Positions 1 through 8,284 of a stretch of DNA of 47,020 nucleotides are shown here, piece by piece (position 1 is the first letter of the stretch; every line of letters starts with the position of its first letter). The notes beneath the pieces are model-generated. The model searched no databases and was not told the DNA's origin. It worked only from the letters and a program-made list of their open reading frames with translations. Position numbers and translations under genes: made by a program. Where the stretch lies: assembly GCA_041744995.1 (NCBI GenBank), contig JBGTJT010000722.1:1-47020 (forward strand), in the 5' to 3' direction. This DNA is from Pirellulales bacterium. Lineage in GTDB: Bacteria; Planctomycetota; Planctomycetia; Pirellulales; UBA7805.

Positions 1-525
1 AAACCCCCAACTGCTGAAGAATATCGCTTCCTGAAACTTGTATGTGAATATTCGGCCTTCGCTGGCCGGGGTAGTCAGCAGGAAGGCCACCTCGGGCGTC
101 CGGTAAAGCGATCCATAGAGAATGATGGCGGTCGAGAAGACGAGCATCACCATGAGCGAGGCGTAGAATAAATTAAAGACACGGGCGACCGTGGCGATAA
201 ACGCTTCGGCCGGCCCTACGTTGTCGCGCAAAAACTCGAAGCCTTCATAGACCAGAAAATAGACGCCGAACCAAAAGGCGATGCTCAACAGCACGGCCAT
301 GGTCATCCGCAGACGGTGCTGACTAGCCAACTGTATGAGCGAAGCGACGAAAATCCGCCGTCGCAGCCAGCCAAACAGAGCCGCTTCGTCGGGGCGTGAA
401 GGCAGATCGACCGCCATCGCCATGTGCTCGGCGCCGCCGTGGCGCGGCAAGTCGTCCCTCCCGGCGTGTAAACCGCCGTCCGGTCGTTCCCCCTCAGCAG
501 CGATGTCCGAATTGCCGGCGCTCAC
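1..525 (-). CDS. Membrane protein, probable permease partner of the adjacent ABC ATPase (first 175 codons; gene continues past the left edge)
   Basis: Absent from the ORF track because it runs off the window edge. The reverse frame is open for all 175 codons from GTG 525..523, which overlaps the TGA stop of the upstream ATPase gene (GTGA at 525..522). The translation (...LFGWLRRRIFVASLIQLASQHRLRMTMAVLLSIAFWFGVYFLVYEGF...VFNLFYASLMVMLVFSTAIILYGSLY...) contains hydrophobic helices. Its position directly after an ABC ATPase suggests a permease. Confidence 0.5.
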   Translation of the reverse strand, partial: MSAGNSDIAAEGERPDGGLHAGRDDLPRHGGAEHMAMAVDLPSRPDEAALFGWLRRRIFVASLIQLASQHRLRMTMAVLLSIAFWFGVYFLVYEGFEFLRDNVGPAEAFIATVARVFNLFYASLMVMLVFSTAIILYGSLYRTPEVAFLLTTPASEGRIFTYKFQEAIFFSSWGF

Positions 526-1265
526 GTTTCTTGGGGGCCTGCCGTTAAATCGAGAAACAGTTTTTCCAAGGTATCCTCGTGCCGAACCATGGCTTGCCGC
601 AATTCGGCAACCGTCCCATCAAAGCGCATCTTGCCGGAGTGGATGATGCCGATCCGGTCGGAAATTTCCTCGGCCACCGAGAGGGTATGCGTCGACATGA
701 AGACCGTCACCCCGTTGTGGGCTTGCACTCGCAGCATGTCCTTGACGAATCGGATGCTCTTGGGATCCAGCCCGACCATCGGTTCGTCCACAACCAGCAC
801 CTTGGGATCGCGCAGCATGGCCGAGGCGAACACCACGCGTTGCTTCATTCCGTGCGAGTAATTTTCGCACAACTCGTCAACGAAACCTCCCAACTCAAAA
901 TTGTCGATTTCGCGGTCGATGTTTCGCTCGCCGTCGCGGCGGGGCATGCGATACATGTCGGCGATGAACTGCATGAATTCGCGGCCCGTCAGCTTATCGT
1001 ACAGATAAGGCTCGTCGGGGACGTAGGCAATCAGGTGGTTGGCGCTGCGGGGGTGCTCGACCACGTCGTGCCCGCCAATGCGGAGCGTTCCACTCCCAGG
1101 CCGCAACAATCCCACCATCATTTTGATGGTCGTCGTCTTGCCCGCTCCGTTGGGGCCGAGAAACGCGAACAGTTGGCCGGAATCGATCCGCAGCGTCAAT
1201 CGATCGACCGCCAATTTCTTGCCGTAGCTCCGCGAAACGTCGTGGAATTCGATCATCGCGGGCAT
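522..1265 (-). CDS. ABC transporter ATP-binding protein (ABC-2/DrrA-like exporter ATPase)
   Basis: ORF 522..1358. Walker A GPNGAGKTT, signature-like YSHGMKQR, Walker B LVVDEP, H-loop STH. Start moved to ATG 1265 (MPAMIEFHDV...), where ATPase-domain similarity begins. The 31 upstream codons are Ala/Pro-rich filler. Confidence 0.9.
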   Translation of the reverse strand: MPAMIEFHDVSRSYGKKLAVDRLTLRIDSGQLFAFLGPNGAGKTTTIKMMVGLLRPGSGTLRIGGHDVVEHPRSANHLIAYVPDEPYLYDKLTGREFMQFIADMYRMPRRDGERNIDREIDNFELGGFVDELCENYSHGMKQRVVFASAMLRDPKVLVVDEPMVGLDPKSIRFVKDMLRVQAHNGVTVFMSTHTLSVAEEISDRIGIIHSGKMRFDGTVAELRQAMVRHEDTLEKLFLDLTAGPQET

Positions 1266-1326
1266 GGAGCAAGTCGCAGACGGAACAGGGGCTGTGGCAG
1301 AGGCCAGTTTGACAGCCGCTGGGGGA

Positions 1327-2304
1327 CTATTCAAGTGTGGCCGTTTCCAGCGAAGCATGGGGAACGGCGCGGGGCAGGGGGGTGGTGATTTCCGCTCGCC
1401 AATCCTCGCTCAGTTGACCGGCCAGGGAGCGGGCTTCCGCCTCGCTCAGTCGCTCGAAACGAATCCGCGATCCAAGCAGCGTCGCTTCCTGCCGGATGAC
1501 CATGCCGTCTCGCTTGACCCACATCCGCCCGACCGGCGACGACGACTTGCCGGCGCCAGCTTCAGCGTCCCGGTAGACAACCAGCCATGCCGGTACCACT
1601 TCGGTTCCCCACATCACCGACTCGGTCCGCTCGACCGTCGCTTGGATGATCCGCGACGAAACCTTGCCGGGACTTGTTGGCGAAGGGAACGGACTGAAGA
1701 TCTGTTCGGTCCAGGTGCGTCCCTGGTACAAATGGGGCATGTACGTTTGCGGAGAAAATTCGTCACCAATCAGCGATTGACCCATGCGCATCACGTGCTG
1801 ATGGAGCGAATCACCGGCGCTGAACAATTCGACGTGCAACAATTCGCCGCGGACATCGCCGCAGACGGTGAACAAAGGTTCCTGGATATGATCGAGATGG
1901 ACGTCGGAGTCGAACCCCGTCAGCCGGTTCTGGTCGTCCAAATGCATGCGGTTGTGCAGGCTCAAATCGAATCGGGCGCCGGAACCGAGCATGGCGTCTA
2001 GCACACGCCGCACTAAGCTGGGGATCTCATCGAACGCCTGTCGCTGAAACTCCACGCGGCTGACCACATCCGATCCGCCCCCAGGACACGATTCGACCTT
2101 GGTCGCGGCCCAGCCGATATCGCGATCGTTCCACTGCACGCGCCAGCAGGCCGGCGGCAAGTCGAGTTGCTCCTCCACAAGCTGCGACTTGGCCAGCGGG
2201 GGATCGCCCGTTCGCAGCAAGGGCATCACTTTGACCAACATCAACCAACTCATCGTGGCCAACCAGAACAGTACCACCACGAGATTGAATGCTCGACTTC
2301 CCAT
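1327..2304 (-). CDS. Hypothetical membrane-anchored protein
   Basis: 325-aa ORF with one N-terminal hydrophobic helix (FNLVVVLFWLATMSWLMLVKV) and a soluble remainder. Same strand as the ABC ATPase and 61 nt upstream of it. No family recognised. Confidence 0.6.
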   Translation of the reverse strand: MGSRAFNLVVVLFWLATMSWLMLVKVMPLLRTGDPPLAKSQLVEEQLDLPPACWRVQWNDRDIGWAATKVESCPGGGSDVVSRVEFQRQAFDEIPSLVRRVLDAMLGSGARFDLSLHNRMHLDDQNRLTGFDSDVHLDHIQEPLFTVCGDVRGELLHVELFSAGDSLHQHVMRMGQSLIGDEFSPQTYMPHLYQGRTWTEQIFSPFPSPTSPGKVSSRIIQATVERTESVMWGTEVVPAWLVVYRDAEAGAGKSSSPVGRMWVKRDGMVIRQEATLLGSRIRFERLSEAEARSLAGQLSEDWRAEITTPLPRAVPHASLETATLE

Positions 2305-2604
2305 TATTTATCGATCCCCCGTCATGACGCTACAGTGCGAGCGAACCATCCCCCGCATCGCGATCGAGGCGCGCGGCATCTTTCCCATATTTTTATTGAG
2401 AAACTGACGTTGCACTCGACAGCCCATCTTCGGAAGATGCCGACTCGCTGCATTTCCATTTCGGCCTTTGCGCCGCGGCAGGATGCCGATTGCGCCAGCG
2501 GGCGAAACTTTGTGGCTTGGTACATCTTAAACACCCATATCGAGAATGAAAAGCCGTCCCCCCAGTCAGGGGTAATGGCCAGCGTCGATTCTAAGGAGGG
2601 AAGA

Positions 2605-3366
2605 ATGGATTTCACTACGACACCGCCTTGCGGCCTTGCGAGCCTCCCCGCGCCCCTCGGATTGCTTTTGCTGGCGCCGTTGATTCTCAGTTTAACTGTG
2701 GGCTGTGCTTCCGAAGAGCCGACGACCAATCCTCCGACGGCCAATATCACCAGCGGCGACGCCGACAGTCCGGCCTATGCGGTGCCTGCCGCCGCCAACA
2801 CTTCGACGGCGGGCAATGTCGAGAGTTCCCCCGTCGTTGCGCAAACGGATGCCGATCCGATGCGGCCGATGGTGCTCATCAGCACCTCGCTGGGGGACAT
2901 TAAGGTGCAGTTGGACCGGGAGAAGGCGCCCGTCACCGTTAACAACTTCCTGTCGTATGCCGACAATGGAGATTATGACGGCTGCATCTTCCATCAAGTG
3001 ATCGAGCAATTTATCGTCCTTGGCGGCGGCTACGATGCGCAGTTGGTGGAAAAGCCGACCAGAATTCCCATTCTCAACGAGGCGGCCAACGGGCTGTCCA
3101 ACACCCGCGGCACGATTGCCATGGCCCGGCAGGCCGACGTGATCGCCAGTTCCACGTCGCAGTTTTTCTTCAACGTGACGGACAACCCCGCGCTCGACCA
3201 CCAATCCGAAGCTCCCGCCGAGTTCGGCTATTGCGTGTTCGGCAAGGTGATCGAGGGAATGGACGTGGTGGACAAGATATCCCAGGTGCAGGTCACCGAC
3301 CGCGACAACTTCGAATCGATCCCGGCGGCGAACATTGTGATCCACTCGGTCACCCGCGCCCGCTGA
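2605..3366 (+). CDS. Peptidyl-prolyl cis-trans isomerase, cyclophilin type, secreted or lipoprotein
   Basis: C-terminal about 165 aa are a clear cyclophilin domain (VTVNNFLSY..., FHQVIEQFIVLGGG, GTIAMAR, SQFFFNV, GYCVFGKVIEGMDVV). Start set at ATG 2605, preceded by AAGGAGGG (2593..2600). The N-terminus has a signal peptide ending in the lipobox-like LTVGC. ORF-track start 2167 is rejected as an extension. Confidence 0.9.
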   Translation: MDFTTTPPCGLASLPAPLGLLLLAPLILSLTVGCASEEPTTNPPTANITSGDADSPAYAVPAAANTSTAGNVESSPVVAQTDADPMRPMVLISTSLGDIKVQLDREKAPVTVNNFLSYADNGDYDGCIFHQVIEQFIVLGGGYDAQLVEKPTRIPILNEAANGLSNTRGTIAMARQADVIASSTSQFFFNVTDNPALDHQSEAPAEFGYCVFGKVIEGMDVVDKISQVQVTDRDNFESIPAANIVIHSVTRAR

Positions 3367-3369
3367 GTT

Positions 3370-3439
3370 GCGGAACTGAATTCGCCAGAATGCGGATGAT
3401 GCGAAGTGCGGAATCCAGCGTAGCGGAATTCGCCAGAAT
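3370..3439. repeat. Short direct repeats in a convergent intergenic region
   Basis: GAATTCGCCAGAAT occurs twice (3378..3391 and 3426..3439). GCGGAA occurs 3 times (plus a related GCGGAT) and AATCCAGCG twice between 3370 and 3466. Confidence 0.7.
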
Positions 3440-3469
3440 TCCGATGCATCCAGATCAATCCAGCGGCCA

Positions 3470-3490
3470 CGGAACTCTCCGCGAGTTCCG
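3470..3490. other. 8-bp stem hairpin between convergent genes (weak terminator candidate)
   Basis: CGGAACTC-TCCGC-GAGTTCCG, 3 nt beyond the stop of the 3494..4156 gene. No U-tract on either strand, so it is not a classical intrinsic terminator. Confidence 0.35.
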
Positions 3491-3493
3491 CTA

Positions 3494-4156
3494 CTACGGT
3501 TGCGCCGACTCTTCGTATAGCTCGTGCAGGGCTTCGATGAGTTGGATTTCGGTGTAGATTTCGCCGGTCGGTTTGTTGAAGTCGGTACCGCCAGGCACAT
3601 GCGAAAGCTGCCGACCTAGATTGATGCCGCCGCGACTGGTGGTCATGTACTCAATCAATTGGTAGCCTCCCTTGGAGTCGATCAGGTCGGTGACCAGTTT
3701 GCGGCCGCTCGGAATGGCAGCCAGACGGTCCAGGCGGTCGTAGCCCAGCGGATAGGAAGCGACCTGTCGCATGAAGTGCCTGCCCCGTTCGGTGCGCAGC
3801 GTGCGAATCAAGAATGCCTCGTCCTTCGGCACACGGGCGAGTATTTCGCGGAATCCACCCCCATTCCAGCCCATCAGTCTCAATTGCTTGAATAGCGGTT
3901 GCACCTGGCTTTGACTAATGACGTCGCCGGGCCGATAGTCGGGCAGCGCGGCGAAATGCCTGCGGACGACCTCTTCCACCTGTGAAAACGGCGGCAGCGG
4001 AGCGGCTTCGTTTTTCTCGGCGGCGTGCGCTTGACTGGCCGTGCCAAGCCAGCCACAGGCCAGTAACAATGCGGCAATAAGGTGCCGTCCGCCAAATCGG
4101 TAAGTTATTTTCGGACGACTCCTAAAGGTCGAATTTGGCGACGTCGCAGCTTTCAT
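3494..4156 (-). CDS. Hypothetical secreted protein
   Basis: 220-aa ORF with ATG at 4156. N-terminal signal-like segment (HLIAALLLACGWLGTASQAHAAE). No family recognised. Confidence 0.6.
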   Translation of the reverse strand: MKAATSPNSTFRSRPKITYRFGGRHLIAALLLACGWLGTASQAHAAEKNEAAPLPPFSQVEEVVRRHFAALPDYRPGDVISQSQVQPLFKQLRLMGWNGGGFREILARVPKDEAFLIRTLRTERGRHFMRQVASYPLGYDRLDRLAAIPSGRKLVTDLIDSKGGYQLIEYMTTSRGGINLGRQLSHVPGGTDFNKPTGEIYTEIQLIEALHELYEESAQP

Positions 4157-4511
4157 GGTTCAAACTCGTCTGAGAATCTGGTGAACGGCGTGCGGCTGGC
4201 GGATGTTCGTGGCGGGCCACCGGGAGAATCTGCCAGCGGGCGGCGCCCTCAATTACCGCGTACTCCATACTGAAAAACTACTACATGGAATCGACCGACG
4301 CCGGGTGGAATCCGCACCTGACCGCATTCTTGGTCCGACCATTTATGAAACAGGTGAGCATCGCTGGCAGCCTGGTGTGCCGCGGGGGAGTGATATTTTG
4401 CCAGCATTCCGGCCAGTCCCGCCATGCCAGAGTAGCCTGGATAAAATTCCATAAGTGTATATAGATAAATGGGTTAACATCCGTTGGCTCGATATTTCCG
4501 AGGCAATTTTC

Positions 4512-4540
4512 TTGATCTTTCCACATGAGGTTTGTTAATA
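4512..4540 (+). promoter_or_regulatory. Sigma70-like promoter candidate (TTGATC-17 nt-TTAATA)
   Basis: -35 TTGATC at 4512..4517, 17-nt spacer, -10 TTAATA at 4535..4540. It lies in a locally AT-rich stretch about 57 nt upstream of ATG 4597. Confidence 0.4.
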
Positions 4541-4596
4541 TGTTGCAGTCCGGACGAGCTTCCGGATTCTTGTCCCCGGTAGCAGGAGATACCGCC

Positions 4597-4827
4597 ATGT
4601 CTATTCCGTTGTACTACAGCCAAGAGTGCCCCACGTGCGGTCGCAATCTGCGAATCCGCGTGGAATACCTTGGTAAGCGGGTCGTCTGTCAGCATTGCCA
4701 GGCGAAGTTCGAGGCATGCGATCCGTCCAGCGCCCATTATCCACCGTGCGACTCCGGGCTGGCCCTGCTCCGTCGGGCCGACGAGCTATTGGCCGCCAGC
4801 GCGCAGGCGAAGACCAAAGTCCATTAA
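4597..4827 (+). CDS. Small zinc-ribbon protein (76 aa)
   Basis: MSIPLYYSQECPTCGRNLRIRVEYLGKRVVCQHCQAKF... has two CxxC pairs 17 residues apart. Start chosen at ATG 4597 because AGGAGA (4584..4589) precedes it by 7 nt. The ORF-track start is 4525. Confidence 0.6.
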   Translation: MSIPLYYSQECPTCGRNLRIRVEYLGKRVVCQHCQAKFEACDPSSAHYPPCDSGLALLRRADELLAASAQAKTKVH

Positions 4828-4944
4828 CCGCCTGGATGAGACCTTCTCGCCCAAGTGGCGGACGCTGCCAGGGTCCGTCATGAAACACTTGATTGAGACG
4901 CTCTCGCCGTTTCTGCGGCGAGACGCATTGCCGGCTGAACTCTT

Positions 4945-6246
4945 TTAGCTGCAAGTCGGTGGTGGCTGAACGTTGCCGCACAGACGGAATAAATCGGCAA
5001 AGTATTCCGGGTAGGTCTTTTCCGTACATGCCGGGTTGAGGATCACAATGCCCGGCACTCGCAGCCCAATCAGCGCCAAGCTCATCGCCATGCGATGATC
5101 GTGGTACGTGTTGATCTCCGCGGCCTGAAGTGGCTGGGGGACAATGGTCAGACCATCCTCATGCTCCTCAACGGCGGCTCCAACTTTTCGTAGCTCGGTG
5201 GCCAGATCGCCAATGCGGTCGGTTTCCTTGTAGCGATTGTGGGCCACGCCGCGAACCCTGGTGGGGCCTTCGGCGAACAGCGCCACCGCGGACAGCGTTT
5301 GCACAGTGTCGCTAATTGCGTTCATATCGACGTCGATTCCCCGGAGCGGGCCTCCGACGACGGTGACCGAATCCTGCGCGTAGGTGACCTGGCAGCCCAT
5401 CTGTTCCAGGCAGTCGCAGAAAGCTACGTCCCCTTGCAAGCTGTCGCGGGACAGCCCTTCCACCGTCACCTGGCCGCCGACAATTGCGGCGGCGGCCCAA
5501 AAGTAGCTGGCCGCCGAGGCGTCTGGTTCGATCGCGTAGTGGCAGGCTTGATAGGCTTGGTTGCCGGGAACATGAAACGTCTGCAAGCCCTCCGCTTCGG
5601 CGGCGACGCCAAAGCTGCGCATCACGCGCAGCGTCATCTCGACATACGGCTGGGAAACCAGCTCGCCGTCGATGTGGATCGTGGTAGCTCCCCGAGCGAG
5701 AGGCGCCGCCATTAGCAACCCGCTGAGAAATTGGCTCGACACGTCGCCGCGAATCGCCACCTCGCCGCCGGACAGCCCCCGCGCATTGACGACCACCGGA
5801 GGGCATTGATTCGCCGATTCGCATTCGATTCGCGCACCTAAGCTGTTGAGCGCATCGACCAGGTCGCCGATCGGTCGCTGGCGCATCCGCTCGACACCGT
5901 CGATACGGAAACGTCCCTTGGCAAGCGCGAGCAGCGCCGTCAGGAATCGCATGGTCGTGCCACTGTTGGCGACGAACAGTTCGGCGGCCTCCACCGGCAG
6001 CACTCCACCGCAACCTCTCACATCGACCGTGGCCTGCTGGAGATTGTGGTCAAGCGACAGCCCCAAGTCGCGCAGCGCCGCGATCATCACCCGTGTGTCT
6101 TCGCTGTCGAGCACGCCCTGCAAATGCGAGCGGCCGTCGGCGAGGGCGGCGCAGATCAGCGCCCGATTGGTGATGCTTTTGGAACCGGGCGGACGGATGG
6201 TCCCGGCCAGCGGGTCGGTGCGAACGGGAATGGCGATCTTGTCCAT
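4945..6246 (-). CDS. aroA: 3-phosphoshikimate 1-carboxyvinyltransferase (EPSP synthase)
   Basis: 433 aa. PPGSKSITNRALICAALA motif near the N-terminus, with full-length AroA-like organisation including the C-terminal DHRMAMS motif. Confidence 0.93.
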   Translation of the reverse strand: MDKIAIPVRTDPLAGTIRPPGSKSITNRALICAALADGRSHLQGVLDSEDTRVMIAALRDLGLSLDHNLQQATVDVRGCGGVLPVEAAELFVANSGTTMRFLTALLALAKGRFRIDGVERMRQRPIGDLVDALNSLGARIECESANQCPPVVVNARGLSGGEVAIRGDVSSQFLSGLLMAAPLARGATTIHIDGELVSQPYVEMTLRVMRSFGVAAEAEGLQTFHVPGNQAYQACHYAIEPDASAASYFWAAAAIVGGQVTVEGLSRDSLQGDVAFCDCLEQMGCQVTYAQDSVTVVGGPLRGIDVDMNAISDTVQTLSAVALFAEGPTRVRGVAHNRYKETDRIGDLATELRKVGAAVEEHEDGLTIVPQPLQAAEINTYHDHRMAMSLALIGLRVPGIVILNPACTEKTYPEYFADLFRLCGNVQPPPTCS

Positions 6247-6353
6247 GAAGTAAAATCCTTGGCAAGCTGAATCGGCGGGCGTAGAGAACCATTCAACTTT
6301 AATCGCATATCGGGTTCAACTACAATCAGGCTGTAAGAAAGGAACCCCGACAA

Positions 6354-7685
6354 ATGAGTCTCTCGCGACTATTCGTAATCATCCCACTCGCATTGCTTGC
6401 CCAGGTGGAACCGCCGGCGCAAGCCGAAGGACCGCCGCCTCCTCCGAATATCATACTGATTGTGGCCGATGACCTCGGCTATGGCGATCTGGGCTGCTAT
6501 GGCCGCGAGGATGTGAAGACTCCGCACTTGGATGCGATGGCCCGCGCCGGGCTGCGGTTTACCGACTTTCACTCCAACGGCGCCGTATGCAGCCCGACTC
6601 GTGCGGCCCTGATGACCGGCCGATATCAGCAGCGCAGCGGAATCGAAGGGGTCGTGACCGCCGCCGGGCATCGCCATACCGGGCTACCGCTGGACGAGAT
6701 CACCATTGCCGAGATGCTGCAAGCCGCCGGCTATCGAACCGCCTTGTTCGGCAAGTGGCATCTCGGATACGACCCCAAGTTCGGGCCGAATCAGCAAGGA
6801 TTCGACGAGTTTCGGGGATTTGTTAGCGGCAACGTCGACTACCAGTCGCATATCGATCAGGTCGGCCGCCCCGATTGGTGGCGCGACGACCAACTCGAAC
6901 CGGACGATGGCTATCTGACGGAACTTATCACCGATTACTCAGTCGATTTCATCAAGCAAAATCGCCGACGTCCGTTCTTTCTCTACTTGGCGCACGGCGC
7001 GCCGCACTATCCGATTCAGGGACCAAACGATCCCGCCATCCGCTCGCCCGGCAAGCCGAATCCGCAACAGGGCGGACGCCCCGAGTTCCTTGACGGTTAT
7101 CGACAAATGATCGAGACACTCGACGATTCGGTGGCCAGGATACGCGCGGCGGTCCGCGCCGCGGGCCTGGAATCGAACACACTGATTGTGTTCATTTCTG
7201 ACAACGGCCCCGCGGAACGGTTTGGCGGCAACGCGGGCAAGCTACGCGGCGGGAAGGGAACCTTGTACGAAGGGGGACATCGCGTACCATGCTTGGCGGT
7301 CATGCCCGGCAAAATCGCCGCGGGCGAGTCTCCTGAGACGGTCATGGGATTCGATTGGACTGCCACATTCGCGGCGATCGCCGGCGCCGGTATTTCCGCG
7401 GAAAAGCCGCTCGACGGCGTCGACTTGTCGTCGCTGCTGTTCGACGGCGAATCGCTCGCGGAGCGTGATCTCTATTGGTCCCGCGGCGTCGGTTCCACTG
7501 CCGTCCGTTCCGGCGACTGGAAGCTGATCGTGGAAAAACGCCGGGTGGAACTGTTCAACCTGAAAGACGATTTCCAAGAGGCGACGAACGTAGCCGAGGA
7601 GCATCCCGACGACGTCGATCGATTGCAGCGCAAGCTGAAAGCCTGGGAGCAGGAAGTGCGGCGGAACGTCGAGCGCCGTTCTTAG
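6354..7685 (+). CDS. Formylglycine-dependent sulfatase (arylsulfatase family), secreted
   Basis: Signal peptide followed by PNIILIVADDLGYGDLGCYG and the C-x-P-x-R formylglycine motif CSPTRAALMTGR. Also GKWHLG. Confidence 0.9.
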   Translation: MSLSRLFVIIPLALLAQVEPPAQAEGPPPPPNIILIVADDLGYGDLGCYGREDVKTPHLDAMARAGLRFTDFHSNGAVCSPTRAALMTGRYQQRSGIEGVVTAAGHRHTGLPLDEITIAEMLQAAGYRTALFGKWHLGYDPKFGPNQQGFDEFRGFVSGNVDYQSHIDQVGRPDWWRDDQLEPDDGYLTELITDYSVDFIKQNRRRPFFLYLAHGAPHYPIQGPNDPAIRSPGKPNPQQGGRPEFLDGYRQMIETLDDSVARIRAAVRAAGLESNTLIVFISDNGPAERFGGNAGKLRGGKGTLYEGGHRVPCLAVMPGKIAAGESPETVMGFDWTATFAAIAGAGISAEKPLDGVDLSSLLFDGESLAERDLYWSRGVGSTAVRSGDWKLIVEKRRVELFNLKDDFQEATNVAEEHPDDVDRLQRKLKAWEQEVRRNVERRS

Positions 7686-7697
7686 CACGCCACGCCG

Positions 7698-8132
7698 CTA
7701 GCGGTCGTCCGACTGCGTGAGTTCATCGGGGCCGAACCAGTCCCGCATCTTGGCGGCCGCTTGTCGCTTGACGTCGGGCGTAATGTAAGCCGCCACGGTG
7801 GTTAACGCGACCAGCACGGCGCCTAAGTCGTCGGCGTAGCCAACCCCGGGAGTGAAGTCAGGGATGGCGTCGGTCGGGATAATGAAATATGCCAGGGAGG
7901 TGTAGATCACGGTCTTGGCCCAAACGGGCGCCTTCTCGTCTTGCGCCGCATAGTAAAGCCAAAGCGTCTTCTCGACCATTTCCTTGCCGGCCACCCGGGA
8001 GAACCGCATCAGTTTGCGCCAATAGCGGCTATCGGAATAGCCGCGGGCAAGTTCTTCCTCGGCTAGGGAAACGGCCGCCAGGTCGGGTTCGGCGAAGTTC
8101 GGATAATCAGCCGTGCTGTCATAGTCGTTCAT
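7698..8132 (-). CDS. DUF1232 (YkvA-like) membrane protein
   Basis: C-terminal ...LAYFIIPTDAIPDFTPGVGYADDLGAVLVAL... is the DUF1232 signature. Start moved to ATG 8132 (MNDYDST...), preceded by AGGTGG. ORF-track start 8399 would add an Arg-rich extension that overlaps the neighbour's terminator. Confidence 0.75.
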   Translation of the reverse strand: MNDYDSTADYPNFAEPDLAAVSLAEEELARGYSDSRYWRKLMRFSRVAGKEMVEKTLWLYYAAQDEKAPVWAKTVIYTSLAYFIIPTDAIPDFTPGVGYADDLGAVLVALTTVAAYITPDVKRQAAAKMRDWFGPDELTQSDDR

Positions 8133-8213
8133 TGTGCCACCTGAATCGGAATGCAGAAGGAAAGCACTTCCATTGTACGCATCGGAGGCGTCGAATTCTA
8201 AGGAAGAATGTGA

Positions 8214-8250
8214 AACAGGCCGCTGGAGCTGGTTGCTCAAGCGGCCTGTT
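8214..8250 (-). terminator. Hairpin terminator candidate downstream of the MORN-repeat gene
   Basis: Perfect 10-bp stem AACAGGCCGC / GCGGCCTGTT with a 17-nt loop, 35 nt beyond the stop at 8285. On the minus strand it is followed by TCACATTCTTCCTT. Confidence 0.5.
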
Positions 8251-8284
8251 CGCATTCTTTTGTTCCGCGTAGACGAACCGTCGC

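Noticed and set aside
2167-2604. N-terminal extensions in the ORF track. Affected ORFs: PPIase 2167, DUF1232 8399, anmK 14387, C26 15330, enolase 23277, mrpA 23124, moaA 31550, Cld-like 38461, ABC ATPase 1358.
   Set aside because: The extensions have no domain similarity and often begin at non-ATG codons. They overlap neighbouring genes or their regulatory regions. Internal ATG/GTG codons with ribosome-binding sites coincide with the start of homology.
4157-4170. GGTTCAAACTC resembling a tRNA T-arm.
   Set aside because: No acceptor, D or anticodon arms can be folded around it. The upstream sequence is the 5' end of a protein-coding gene. No tRNA-like cloverleaf was seen anywhere in the window.
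4304-4318. Minus-strand GGTGCGGATTCCACC resembles the GGTG..AATCC core of cobalamin riboswitches.
   Set aside because: The other conserved blocks (the B12 box GCCACTG and the CCCGC..ACTGT region) are not present nearby. The downstream gene has no B12 link.
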